Part shown: positions 47,989-57,902 of the stretch, piece after piece
Numbering within the stretch: position 1 is the first letter of the stretch
Layout of the letters: the number at the start of each line of letters is the position of its first letter
Source: Wolbachia endosymbiont of Tyrophagus putrescentiae
GTDB taxonomy: Bacteria; Pseudomonadota; Alphaproteobacteria; Rickettsiales; Anaplasmataceae
Length of the DNA: 64,000 bases
Direction: 5' to 3'
Assembly (NCBI GenBank): GCA_030441635.1
Contig: JAUEMM010000001.1
Coordinates: 119,467-183,466 of the forward strand
The notes under the pieces: generated by a model
What the model was told of the DNA's origin: nothing
The model's input: only the letters and a program-made list of their open reading frames with translations
Databases searched by the model: none
Position numbers and translations under genes: made by a program

Positions 47989-49179
47989 TTAAAAAGAAGT
48001 CATCTCATATGAAGTATCAAATATCCTCCTATGTTCATGTATAGCAAACCTATCGGTCATACCAGCAATGTAATCACATATTACTATTGAACGCTGAGAT
48101 TCAGTGGCAATTTTTTCCCATTCGGTTGGTAGTAATGCTGGCTTTTCATAAAAACACTGAAAGAGTTCTTGCAATATACGTTGTGCTTTATTCATAGTTC
48201 TATTCAGCTTGTAGTTCCGATATATTTTCTGCATATTAAATTTTTTCATTTCTATTACAGCTTTTGTCACTTCCAGTGAAAATGTTACTAAAGGTTTATC
48301 TAATTTCCTTATGTCTTCCGCATTTTTTACTTTATAGTCTTGAATATTCACCTCAGTTTGAGAGACTACATCATTAATCATGATACCTATGGTTTTACTT
48401 AAAGCTTCGTGTATAACTTTATTTTGAGATATGTTCACATACCTACCTTTTACATCTTGGAATACTTTTCCAATTAAAGGAATATTTAGTAAATCTTCGA
48501 TGGTAATCAGATTTGCTCTTAATGCATCGTCGAGATCATGGACGCTATAGGCAATATCATCAGCAATGGAAGCAACTTGCGCTTCAGCACTAGAAAATTC
48601 TTCAAGTTTGAGATTATATTTTTCATTATACTCTAACATTAATTTATTACTTGTGGGAAATTTTGCATATTGGCCAAGCAAAGGACCGTTATGTTTAGCT
48701 ATTCCCTCAATCACTTCCCAACTAAGATTCAGTCCATCAAAATCAGCATGCTTCTTTTCTAGGTAAACCAGGATTCTAATAGTTTGAACATTGTGGTCAA
48801 ATTTGTATATACCTTCTAAGTTTTGAGTTACTTTATTTAATGCATCTTCGCCTGCATGGCCGAAAGGTGGATGACCAAGATCATGTGCAAGTGCTATACA
48901 CTCAGTGATATCTTCATTTAAATTAAGCCTACGTGCAATTGACCTTGCAATTTGTGCAACTTCAAGACTATGAGTAAGGCGAGTGCGGTAATAGTCATGC
49001 GCATAGTTAATAAAAACTTGTGTTTTGTATCCTAATTTCCTAAATGCATTGGAGTGAATGATGCGATCCCTGTCACGCTGAAAGCAGCTACGATACTTAT
49101 CCTCTTGTTCTGAGAAATATCTTCCTCTTGTTTGATTTGGATAGCACACGTAATTTAGTAGAAAATTATTGTTTGACAT
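47989..49179 (-). CDS. dgt: dGTPase-like HD-domain triphosphohydrolase
   Basis: FQRDRDRIIHSNAFRKLGYKTQVF, TRLTHSLEVAQIARSIA and AHDLGHPPFGH motifs. Confidence 0.85.
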   Translation of the reverse strand: MSNNNFLLNYVCYPNQTRGRYFSEQEDKYRSCFQRDRDRIIHSNAFRKLGYKTQVFINYAHDYYRTRLTHSLEVAQIARSIARRLNLNEDITECIALAHDLGHPPFGHAGEDALNKVTQNLEGIYKFDHNVQTIRILVYLEKKHADFDGLNLSWEVIEGIAKHNGPLLGQYAKFPTSNKLMLEYNEKYNLKLEEFSSAEAQVASIADDIAYSVHDLDDALRANLITIEDLLNIPLIGKVFQDVKGRYVNISQNKVIHEALSKTIGIMINDVVSQTEVNIQDYKVKNAEDIRKLDKPLVTFSLEVTKAVIEMKKFNMQKIYRNYKLNRTMNKAQRILQELFQCFYEKPALLPTEWEKIATESQRSIVICDYIAGMTDRFAIHEHRRIFDTSYEMTSF

Positions 49180-49223
49180 GTAGAATCTGCGTTATAATTA
49201 TTTAATAATGAAAGGTGCTTACT

Positions 49224-49679
49224 ATGTCAACAAATTACAATATTAACCTGACTGATAGTGCAATAAAAAAAATTCACTCTCTTGTAGAGCAAGAAAGGTC
49301 CCCAGGGTCTGTATTGAGGATTGCTATCTCGGGAGGTGGATGCTCTGGTTTTAAATATAATTTCCTTATTGACAAGATTCCGTCATTAAGTGATGAAGAA
49401 GATGATGATGATTATGACGATGATGATTTCGAGGATGACTTTGATGAAGAAGATGATGATGAAGACTATGAAAGTCGATCTAACTTTGGTAAAAAAAATC
49501 AAGATATGATAATCAATGATAATAGTGGAAATCCTATACTTATGGTTGACACTTGTTCAGTGAAATTTTTGCAAGACTCGGTAATAGACTATGTTGAAGA
49601 TTTATGTAATTCTGGGTTTCAAATAAAAAATAATCTTGCTAAATCTCAATGTGGATGCGGTAATAGCTTTTCAGTTTAA
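49224..49679 (+). CDS. erpA: HesB/IscA/ErpA-family Fe-S cluster insertion protein with a long acidic insertion
   Basis: GGGCSGFKY near the N-terminus and the C-terminal CGCGNSF signature. There is a 27-codon D/E-rich insert at 49392-49472. Start at ATG 49224. Confidence 0.75.
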   Translation: MSTNYNINLTDSAIKKIHSLVEQERSPGSVLRIAISGGGCSGFKYNFLIDKIPSLSDEEDDDDYDDDDFEDDFDEEDDDEDYESRSNFGKKNQDMIINDNSGNPILMVDTCSVKFLQDSVIDYVEDLCNSGFQIKNNLAKSQCGCGNSFSV

Positions 49680-50359
49680 TGCTCAAATTAATTTCGGTAA
49701 CGAAAAGTTTTAATAGTGATTCTCCTATTGTAAGAGATATTAATTTAAGCCTTGCAAAAGGACAGGTAATTGCATTAATTGGTAATTCAGGATCTGGTAA
49801 AACGACTATATTACAAATTGCAGGGCTGTTGGATACCCCTACTTCAGGAACGGTGTTAATCAATGAGGTAAATTGTACACAAGCAAGTGAAAAACAGAAG
49901 GTTAGTATGAGGAGGAATTTTCTCAGCTTTGTTTACCAGTTTCACTATTTGCTGCGGGAATTATCAGTGCTGGAAAATATTATGCTTCCTCAGCTTATTG
50001 TGGGAAAAAACAAAGTTGAGGCAAAAAGCAATGCATATAAAATGCTAGAGAAATTTAATTTAGAGAATAAAGCAAAGAGTATGATATCTGAAATTTCTGG
50101 AGGAGAAAGGCAAAGAGTTGCAATAGCAAGAAGCCTTGTAAATTCTCCGAAGCTTTTACTTGCAGATGAGCCTACAGGAAACTTAGATCCGTCAAATTCT
50201 CTAGATGTATTTTTACTGCTATATTCATATGTAAAAGAAAATAACTGCTCTATGCTTATAGTGACACATAATCATTATCTTGCAGAAAAAGCTGACTGCA
50301 TTTTAGAGCTGAAGAATCAATTGTTATGTAATGTGAACAACAATTACTCTATAGAATAG
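49679..50359 (+). CDS. lolD: ABC transporter ATP-binding protein (LolD-like)
   Basis: Walker A GNSGSGKTT, signature ISGGERQRVAIAR, Walker B LLLADEP, 226 aa. Confidence 0.65.
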   Translation: MLKLISVTKSFNSDSPIVRDINLSLAKGQVIALIGNSGSGKTTILQIAGLLDTPTSGTVLINEVNCTQASEKQKVSMRRNFLSFVYQFHYLLRELSVLENIMLPQLIVGKNKVEAKSNAYKMLEKFNLENKAKSMISEISGGERQRVAIARSLVNSPKLLLADEPTGNLDPSNSLDVFLLLYSYVKENNCSMLIVTHNHYLAEKADCILELKNQLLCNVNNNYSIE

Positions 50360-50437
50360 GCTATATTCGCTACAAATTATTTGACATTTAAAGGATAAAA
50401 ATATAGATTATGTACGATACTCATTAAATCTAAGGAT

Positions 50438-51010
50438 ATGGTTGCACTGAATACGCCTGAAGGGGATTTTAATTTCATAGCAAGAGATTTTAATTTGTTA
50501 GGAGTTGATGGTAAATACTATACCTTAAGTAATTGCCGCGGTGAAAATGGCTTGATAGTCATGTTTATATGTAATCACTGTCCTTACGTTCAGTCAATTA
50601 TTAGCGACTTAGTAGCTGATATAGCCTTGCTGCAGGAAAATTATCAGGTAAATGCTGTTGCGATAATGCCTAATGATGTTAATGCATATCCTGAAGATTC
50701 TTACGAGAATATGATTAATTTTGCTAAGTGCAATAGATTTACCTTTCCATATCTAATTGATACTATACAGGAAGTGGCTAAAGCTTATGGAGCTGTATGT
50801 ACCCCTGATTTTTTTGGCTTTAATTCTAGTTTGAATCTTTGTTATCGTGGACGTTTTGATGATAGGAAAAAGGATAAACTTCATGGCCATTTAGTAGGAA
50901 GCAGCGATTTATTTCAAGCTATGAAATTTGTTGCTGAGACAGGTAGTCCATTAACTGATCAGAAACCAAGCATTGGTTGTTCGATAAAATGGTGTAATAA
51001 TACGGAGTAA
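50438..51010 (+). CDS. thioredoxin-fold (AhpC/TSA-redoxin-like) protein
   Basis: CNHCPYV CxxC-type motif in a ~190-aa thioredoxin-like architecture. Confidence 0.6.
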   Translation: MVALNTPEGDFNFIARDFNLLGVDGKYYTLSNCRGENGLIVMFICNHCPYVQSIISDLVADIALLQENYQVNAVAIMPNDVNAYPEDSYENMINFAKCNRFTFPYLIDTIQEVAKAYGAVCTPDFFGFNSSLNLCYRGRFDDRKKDKLHGHLVGSSDLFQAMKFVAETGSPLTDQKPSIGCSIKWCNNTE

Positions 51011-51015
51011 ATGTT

Positions 51016-52752
51016 ATGCACGATACTTCTCAATTACATCATTTGCGCGACATTATAATTGTACTTTCTGCTGCTGTGTTTATAGTGATAGCTTTCTGGA
51101 AGATGAACATTAGTCCTGTTCTTGGATATTTTGTTGCAGGTGCAGCTATCGGTGTTCATGGGCTTGGTTTTATAACATCAACTACAGTGATGGATAGCTT
51201 TGCAGAGTTTGGTGTAGTTTTTTTACTGTTCATTATAGGTCTGGAGTTAACATTTGAACGGCTAATGGCCATGCGTATGCATGTATTTGGTTTTGGGTCC
51301 TTACAGGTTATAGTGACGATAGCGGCAATATGGGGGATTGCTGCTACAGTTGGAGCAAAATTCGGTATAGATTCAAAAAAGGCCGTAGTTATTGGTGGTG
51401 GTCTTGCATTGTCATCAACGGCGATGGTATTACAGGTGCTGCATGAGAAAGGTTATCAAGCGACACAAGTAGGTAGGTTGTCAATAGCAATCCTTTTGCT
51501 ACAAGATTTTGCAGTAGTGCCTTTGATAGTATTAGTGTCTTTACTTGCCGGCAATTCTCAGCACAGCCTTATAAGCTCATTAGCTGGGTCATTGGTGCAA
51601 GCTGCTATTGCATTAGTGCTGATATTTATAACCGGTCGTCTTCTGCTTAGGCCGTTGTTTTCAGTTATTTCCGCTATGAGAAGTAATGAGATATTCATAG
51701 CAACAACGTTGCTGATAATATTAGGAGCAGCATTTATTACTGAAGCATTTCATTTATCAATGGCGTTGGGAGCATTTGTTGCAGGGTTGCTTGTTGCGGA
51801 AACAGAGCATAGGCATTCAGTAGAGCAAGCAGTGTTGCCATTTAAAGACCTATTTCTTGGTTTGTTTTTCATGACTGTTGGTATGTCTATCAACATTAAA
51901 CTTCTTCTTGATAACATACTGTTAATTGCATTGCTATCTGTTGTTCTTATTGCTTTAAAGGCTTCCATAATTTATGTTTTATGTAGATTTTTTAGATTCA
52001 AAAGTGCGCCTGCTATACAAGCTGGATTGCTACTTGCACAGGGTGGGGAATTTGCGTTTATTTTGTTTCGTTTAGCACAAGATTTGCATGTATTAGAAGG
52101 TGAAACTGCGCAAATACTTATGATATTGACTACAATTACAATGGCATTTACCCCTCTTTTATCTGGGCTAGGGGATTGGATAGTAAACTTGCTAAGCAGT
52201 GAAAAGGTTATTTTAGATGATGAAGCTGTGGTGACAGATACACAAGATCTTCATAATCATGTAATTGTTGCTGGTTTTGGTCGTGTTGGACATATGGTAA
52301 CCAAAATGCTTAGTGCTGAGCACTTAAATTATGTTATTGTCGATATTCAGTCAAAAATAGTTAAGGAAGGTAAAAATGATGGCTTCCCTATATATTTAGG
52401 AGATGTTACGAGACCTGAAATCCTAAAGTCAATAGGAATAGAAAGAGCCCAAGCCATAGTAATCTCAATCAAAAATGAAGTTACTATAAGGAAGATAGTT
52501 TCTTTAGTTGCAGCGAATTTTCCACATGTAAACATTATAATACGCTTACCAGATTTAAGTAATGTAGAAATGTATAACACTCTGGGAGTAAGTAAAGTTA
52601 TTCCTGAAACATGCGAAGTTGGATTGCAGTTAGGTGCTGCTGCTTTGAGCTTAAGTGGTATTAGTGAAAGTGGCGTTGCGTCTTTGAAAGGTAGACTTAG
52701 AAAAAGCAATTATAGCATCCTACAAGACCCAGGCAATGATAAAGATGAGTAA
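51016..52752 (+). CDS. kefB: CPA2-family monovalent cation:proton antiporter with TrkA-N (KTN) domain (KefB/KefC-like)
   Basis: 12-13 TM N-terminal region and a C-terminal Rossmann motif VIVAGFGRVGHMV. Confidence 0.8.
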   Translation: MHDTSQLHHLRDIIIVLSAAVFIVIAFWKMNISPVLGYFVAGAAIGVHGLGFITSTTVMDSFAEFGVVFLLFIIGLELTFERLMAMRMHVFGFGSLQVIVTIAAIWGIAATVGAKFGIDSKKAVVIGGGLALSSTAMVLQVLHEKGYQATQVGRLSIAILLLQDFAVVPLIVLVSLLAGNSQHSLISSLAGSLVQAAIALVLIFITGRLLLRPLFSVISAMRSNEIFIATTLLIILGAAFITEAFHLSMALGAFVAGLLVAETEHRHSVEQAVLPFKDLFLGLFFMTVGMSINIKLLLDNILLIALLSVVLIALKASIIYVLCRFFRFKSAPAIQAGLLLAQGGEFAFILFRLAQDLHVLEGETAQILMILTTITMAFTPLLSGLGDWIVNLLSSEKVILDDEAVVTDTQDLHNHVIVAGFGRVGHMVTKMLSAEHLNYVIVDIQSKIVKEGKNDGFPIYLGDVTRPEILKSIGIERAQAIVISIKNEVTIRKIVSLVAANFPHVNIIIRLPDLSNVEMYNTLGVSKVIPETCEVGLQLGAAALSLSGISESGVASLKGRLRKSNYSILQDPGNDKDE

Positions 52753-52829
52753 GAATTAGAAAAATCTAAATTATCGACAAAAGTGTCTGTTAGTAGTAAT
52801 ATAAGCAAAGTAATACACTGGATAAAAAG

Positions 52830-54083
52830 TTGAATGATATCAAGAAAGCTATACTATCGAGCATAATTTGCAACATGATAGTATGGTATGAATTAACCCT
52901 ATTTGGGGTTTTGACATGCATAATTAGTAGTACTTTTTTTCCTTCTGAGGGTAATATAGCACAATATCTTATTACCTTTGCTCTTGGTTTTGGGTCTAGG
53001 CCACTAGGTGCACTAATTTTCGGTCATATTGGAGATAAATACGGCAGAAGAAAAGTTTTAATTGCGTCAGTCATGCTTGTGTCGGTTTCATCTACTGCAA
53101 TTGGAATTATACCAAGCTTCAGGGAGATAGGAATTGCTGCACCAATATTATTATTAATCTGTAGAATCACGCAAGGAGCAGCAGCAGGTGGAGAAATAGG
53201 TGTTAACTCAGCTTTTTTAATTGAGCATTCAAGTGATAAAGCAAACATTGGGTTTTTAGGAAGTATAAAAACTTTCAGTGGTGCACTTGGTTCGATCATG
53301 TGCTTTGTGATGATAGAAATTTGTAAAAAACTTACAGGTGAAGGTTTTGAAATCTGGGGTTGGAGGTTGCTTTTTCATTTTTGTTTTTTCATGGGTGTGA
53401 TAGGAGTGCTAACAAGATATATGATCAGCGAAAGTTTAGCGTACAGAACACATAAAGAAAGTAAAAATCTTTCTAATTCTCCACTTTCAGAGCTGTTTAA
53501 GAGCTATAAAAAACTGTTTATTATCTCAATTATAGTTGGTATTGCTCAAAATGCAGTCGTTTACTCAATAGTGATGTTTTATAATATATCTGTGAAAGAG
53601 TTTAATATACTGGGGGTTGATATTAAAAATATAGTGAGAATTATAAGTGATATGATATTTGGAATATGTGCAGTGTTGTTTGCAATATTGTCTGATAAAG
53701 TAGGAAGAAAAAGCATAATGATCACTACTTTAGTGGTACTAGTTTCTTTAAGCTTGCCAGTCTTTTTATTATTATCTAGCGATAATCAATACATTGTAAT
53801 ATTTACTTTTTTACTAACTAGTATACCGATAGGTGCATCTTTTGGGATAAGTAATTCTCTTATCTGCGAATTATTTCCAACGAAAATTAGATGTACTGGT
53901 TCTAGTTTGGCACACAATATATCTGCAGGGATTTTTGGCGGTATTTCTCCATACGTATGTATGCAACTTATAGAAAAAACTGGTACAAAACTTTCAGCAG
54001 GTATCTATCTTTCTATTTGTGCCTTAATTAGCTTAATAGCTACGCTGCAGATTAAAGCTCGAGATAAGAAAATCGATTGGTAA
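52830..54083 (+). CDS. MFS transporter (MHS/ProP-like)
   Basis: RPLGALIFGHIGDKYGRRKVL (MFS loop 2-3 motif) and 12 predicted TM helices. TTG start in the ORF track. Confidence 0.75.
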   Translation: MNDIKKAILSSIICNMIVWYELTLFGVLTCIISSTFFPSEGNIAQYLITFALGFGSRPLGALIFGHIGDKYGRRKVLIASVMLVSVSSTAIGIIPSFREIGIAAPILLLICRITQGAAAGGEIGVNSAFLIEHSSDKANIGFLGSIKTFSGALGSIMCFVMIEICKKLTGEGFEIWGWRLLFHFCFFMGVIGVLTRYMISESLAYRTHKESKNLSNSPLSELFKSYKKLFIISIIVGIAQNAVVYSIVMFYNISVKEFNILGVDIKNIVRIISDMIFGICAVLFAILSDKVGRKSIMITTLVVLVSLSLPVFLLLSSDNQYIVIFTFLLTSIPIGASFGISNSLICELFPTKIRCTGSSLAHNISAGIFGGISPYVCMQLIEKTGTKLSAGIYLSICALISLIATLQIKARDKKIDW

Positions 54084-54098
54084 TCTTTCTATTGCACT

Positions 54099-55211
54099 TT
54101 AGAAAATACTTTTTTTCACTTTATTGAAGAATCCTTCGTTTTGCTGCTGGTTTGAATCTTCACTCTCTTCAAGAGCCTTTAGTAGCTCAATTTGCTTCTT
54201 AGTGAGATTCTTTGGGTTTAAAGTTTGAACTATAACTTGCACATATAAATCACCACGAGTACTTGAATTCATATAATGCATTCCCTTTTCTCTACAACGC
54301 AACTTAGTACCTGTTTGCGTACCTTCTGGTATTTTTACTTTAATTTTCGCTCCATCTATTGACTGTACCTCGATTTCACCCCCAAGTGCTGCGAGGGTCA
54401 TTCTGACAGGTATTTTGCAGTGTAAATCTGCCTTTTCGCGAGTAAAGACTTTATGTGAGGCTATGTTCACGCATACGAACAAATCGCCATTTTTGCCGCC
54501 TCGTATTCCAGCTTCTCCTTTTCCATTTACCTTAACTTTAGTGCCGTCCTCAATACCTTTTGGGATTGCAACTGATATATTTACTTCATCTCTCCTGCGT
54601 CCACTACCACCACATTTTTTGCATTTGTTTTGTATTATTTCTCCTTCACCATAACAAACATGACATGTTCTTTCTATGGTAAAAAAACCTTGCTGACTCC
54701 TTACTCTGCCACTACCTTTACACATGTTACACTGTGCTGGTTTGATAGCTCCTTCGCTTCCGGTACCCTGGCAGGTTTCACACTTTACATTTGTAACATA
54801 GTGTATAGGAGTTTGCATTCCTTTAAAAGCATCCTCAAGAGTAATTTCAAGGTCATAACGTAGATCTGCTCCGGGTGTTGCCGCACTCTTTTTGGTTCTT
54901 GATCGACTATTGCCAAAACCTCCACCAAAAAAGTCATTAAATATATCACTGAAATCACTTGCACCGTAACCAAAATCAAATCCGCCGGCAGAAGGCCCTT
55001 CATGACCATAACTATCATACCCCGCCTTTTTATTAGGGTCAGATAAAACTTCATATGCAGCAGTTATTTCTTTAAATTTTTCTTCTGCTTCTTTGTTACC
55101 AGGATTTCTATCTGGATGATATTTCAATGCTAGCTTTTTATAAGCCTTCTTTATCTCATCAATGCTGGCGTTTCTGTTTATTTCTAATAACTCATAATAG
55201 TCTTTTTTCAT
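54099..55211 (-). CDS. dnaJ: molecular chaperone DnaJ
   Basis: J domain ([13 protein letters not shown]...KYHPDRNPG), G/F region and four CxxCxGxG zinc-finger repeats. Confidence 0.95.
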   Translation of the reverse strand: MKKDYYELLEINRNASIDEIKKAYKKLALKYHPDRNPGNKEAEEKFKEITAAYEVLSDPNKKAGYDSYGHEGPSAGGFDFGYGASDFSDIFNDFFGGGFGNSRSRTKKSAATPGADLRYDLEITLEDAFKGMQTPIHYVTNVKCETCQGTGSEGAIKPAQCNMCKGSGRVRSQQGFFTIERTCHVCYGEGEIIQNKCKKCGGSGRRRDEVNISVAIPKGIEDGTKVKVNGKGEAGIRGGKNGDLFVCVNIASHKVFTREKADLHCKIPVRMTLAALGGEIEVQSIDGAKIKVKIPEGTQTGTKLRCREKGMHYMNSSTRGDLYVQVIVQTLNPKNLTKKQIELLKALEESEDSNQQQNEGFFNKVKKSIF

Positions 55212-55269
55212 ATGTCACAATCTATTATGTATTTAAAGATAGGTATTTCATATATCAATTTCAAGTGTA

Positions 55270-55344
55270 TGCACCCTGAGCGGCTCGAACGCCCGACCTT
55301 CTGATCCGTAGTCAAATGCTCTAATCCAACTGAGCTAAGGGTGC
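55270..55344 (-). tRNA. tRNA-Arg (anticodon ACG)
   Basis: Reverse complement gcaccct-ta-gctcagttggattagagc-a-tttga-ctACGga-tcaga-aggtc-gggcgttcgagccgctc-agggtgc-a. Confidence 0.85.
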
Positions 55345-55509
55345 AATTAATAATAAACTATAGCAGATTTTCAGTTCACTTCAATAATGATTGCAAAAAA
55401 GCTGAAGCTGCATTAAGTTTTAGCCTATCAGATTTTTAAAAATCGACGGGAAATAGCCTAGACACCTTGAATTTTTACGTATATATTTAGTGGAAAGTTC
55501 ATTACGTAA

Positions 55510-56838
55510 ATGGATACAATAAAACTTGTGTTGCTGTTACCAACAGTAATATTCATGTTAATTACTAGCGTTTACTTATCAGCAAAGCTAAAGTGGTTAC
55601 AAATATTTAGATTACCATATGCATTTTCACTATTAAAACCTAAAAAGGGTGAGAATAGATTTTCATCGTTGGCTGCACTATTTCTAATTTTAGGCGGAAA
55701 CTTAGGAGTAGGAAATATTTCAGGCACAGCAATTGCTTTAAAGACAGGGGGTCCTGGATTCATCTTATGGATGATTGTAATCGTTATTGTTACCTCGGTA
55801 ATAAAATATGTTACATGTTATCTGAGCATTAGTAAGCGAATAAAAAAAGAAAAAAGATTTATAGGTGGACCCGTTGCTTATATGGCTGATGCTTTCAATT
55901 CTAAAAAAGCAACGGCTATATTTCTATTTATCATGATTATAGCTGCAATAACTGTTGGTAATCTTGTGCAAGTAAACTCTATATCAATACCACTTGAAAT
56001 GATAAATGTGCCTGTAATTATTGGTGGTATAGCAATGGCTGTTATTTTTTTCATTGTTACAGTACTCAGTTTACAAAAGATTAAAGTTTTTATATCGGCC
56101 TTGATACCAATCATGACAGTAAGTTACCTTGTGTTCTGTGGCGTAATATTGTTTAAACTCAGTGAAAATATCTTGCCTTCTCTCAATCTTATCTTAAGTA
56201 GTGTCTTTACAATGAGCAGTTTAAAATCAGGTTTATCCTTGGGATTGATTCTTGAAGTATTAACTATTATTCAGGTGGGAACTTTGCGAGGCATCTTTGC
56301 AACAGATATTGGACTTGGCCTTGAGGGAACTATACATTCTTCTATTACTCCCAAGAAAAATAATACTAAGTTCGTTATTGAGCAAAGCTTAATTACTATA
56401 ATATCACCGTTTATAGTTGTGATAATAGCTTTTGTTACAACGATGGTATTACTTGTAACGGATTCTTGGATGACTGGATTGGAAAGCACCAACATGTGCA
56501 TATTTGCCTTTAAAAAAGCTATAAATTCATTTTATATAAATTATTTCATTATGACTCTCATGTTTTGTTTTGCATTTACGACCATATTTACTTGGTTTTT
56601 TTGTGCAAAGCAGTCTATACGTTATGTATTTAATAGCAGTATATACGTCAAAATTTGGATTGCGATTTTTACTATGATTATTCCTCTTGGATCAATAAGT
56701 AAAGTTCAGTTATTGTGGGATATTGCAGATATTTCAATTTCTGCATTGTTGTTTATCAACATATTGGCTATATTAAAATTAATATCTAAAAATCAGGAAG
56801 TATTTACCTTAAGCAGAAGGTACTTAAAGTTCAAGTGA
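55510..56838 (+). CDS. alanine/glycine:cation symporter (AGCS) family transporter
   Basis: 442-aa polytopic protein. GNISGTAIALKTGGPGFILWM resembles the AGCS signature region. Confidence 0.65.
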   Translation: MDTIKLVLLLPTVIFMLITSVYLSAKLKWLQIFRLPYAFSLLKPKKGENRFSSLAALFLILGGNLGVGNISGTAIALKTGGPGFILWMIVIVIVTSVIKYVTCYLSISKRIKKEKRFIGGPVAYMADAFNSKKATAIFLFIMIIAAITVGNLVQVNSISIPLEMINVPVIIGGIAMAVIFFIVTVLSLQKIKVFISALIPIMTVSYLVFCGVILFKLSENILPSLNLILSSVFTMSSLKSGLSLGLILEVLTIIQVGTLRGIFATDIGLGLEGTIHSSITPKKNNTKFVIEQSLITIISPFIVVIIAFVTTMVLLVTDSWMTGLESTNMCIFAFKKAINSFYINYFIMTLMFCFAFTTIFTWFFCAKQSIRYVFNSSIYVKIWIAIFTMIIPLGSISKVQLLWDIADISISALLFINILAILKLISKNQEVFTLSRRYLKFK

Positions 56839-56871
56839 ACTGACAGAGATAAAAAGAAAGGTCAATCGCAG

Positions 56872-56901
56872 TACTGAAACCTACTTTTTTGGGTTTCAGT
56901 A
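56872..56901. terminator. bidirectional hairpin between convergent genes
   Basis: tactgaaacc (56872-56881) pairs with ggtttcagta (56892-56901). The loop is T-rich (tacttttttg). Confidence 0.5.
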
Positions 56902-56917
56902 TGTATAATAAAGAGTA

Positions 56918-57790
56918 TTAATGAACAGCAACTATATTTTCACAACTAGGGAAAACATGATCAATTCTTGCTCGTTTCGTGCAAGTGCTTGGGCTATCAT
57001 CTAGCTTTCTTTTGCGATTGTTGTAAGATCGTGCATCTTGTACACAATTATTTGGAGTATTAGCATTTTCAAAATGTTTTATACACTCTCCTACAGCATT
57101 GCAGTTCGGATTTTCTGCTAATAATTCGTTAAATATTTTTTGAACTTGTTCTTCTGTGGCACCATTCCCTTTACTTTCGAGATATTCAAAAATTTCTTTC
57201 GCTTGAAGATCTTTTGCCAATAGGAAATCCTCACGTTCTCTACGTTCTTTATTGAGTAGCGGCTCGAAGTGCAACTCACCATTGTTTATTATATGTATGG
57301 TATTATTATCATTGTAATTCACTTTATCAACACCAACGCTTTTTGAGCCTTTGTTATCTACTAATTGGCACAAGAATTTGTCTTGCTGATTGTTATTACA
57401 GTGCAACGGATTTTTTTCCATTACGTGTAATTTCACACCATATTTTTCACAAAGTATCCTGCCTTCAACTTCAGGATCACCCCATCTATTATTATTTAGG
57501 ATATTTCTCGTGTATTGCTCTATAGCTTCGTTGCGTTTTCTGCCCATATTATCATAGCTATTTGCAATTGCATCTTTAAACCATTGTGGAGGATTGTGCA
57601 GTACAAATTCTCTACACTCTTCTCGTAGCTGTTCAACAGTAACTTTTATGCCTTTTTGTTGCTCCAGCCCTTGCCTGAATGAATCAAAAAAGCAACTCCC
57701 ATTACCAATTGCTGTGCCTTTATAAAAGGTATTAGGATATGGATCTTCATTATTACGTAGATTCATCAGAAGTTGCTGGGTATTAGTCAT
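56918..57790 (-). CDS. OTU-like cysteine protease (putative deubiquitinase-type effector) with C-terminal bipartite NLS-like motif
   Basis: GNGSCFFDSF (Cys33 codon at 57692-57694) resembles the OTU Cys box (D-G-N-C-x-F). The downstream NNGELHFEPL resembles the OTU His box. The tail is RKRKLDDSPSTCTKRARI (56963-57016). Confidence 0.5.
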   Translation of the reverse strand: MTNTQQLLMNLRNNEDPYPNTFYKGTAIGNGSCFFDSFRQGLEQQKGIKVTVEQLREECREFVLHNPPQWFKDAIANSYDNMGRKRNEAIEQYTRNILNNNRWGDPEVEGRILCEKYGVKLHVMEKNPLHCNNNQQDKFLCQLVDNKGSKSVGVDKVNYNDNNTIHIINNGELHFEPLLNKERREREDFLLAKDLQAKEIFEYLESKGNGATEEQVQKIFNELLAENPNCNAVGECIKHFENANTPNNCVQDARSYNNRKRKLDDSPSTCTKRARIDHVFPSCENIVAVH

Positions 57791-57902
57791 AACTTTACCT
57801 TAATAAAGATATTATTATATTAATAAAATCGTTGACAAATTATTAATTAAGTATAGCAAAAATTCTTTAACTGTGCAATAATCATATTTTTATATAGTGG
57901 AT

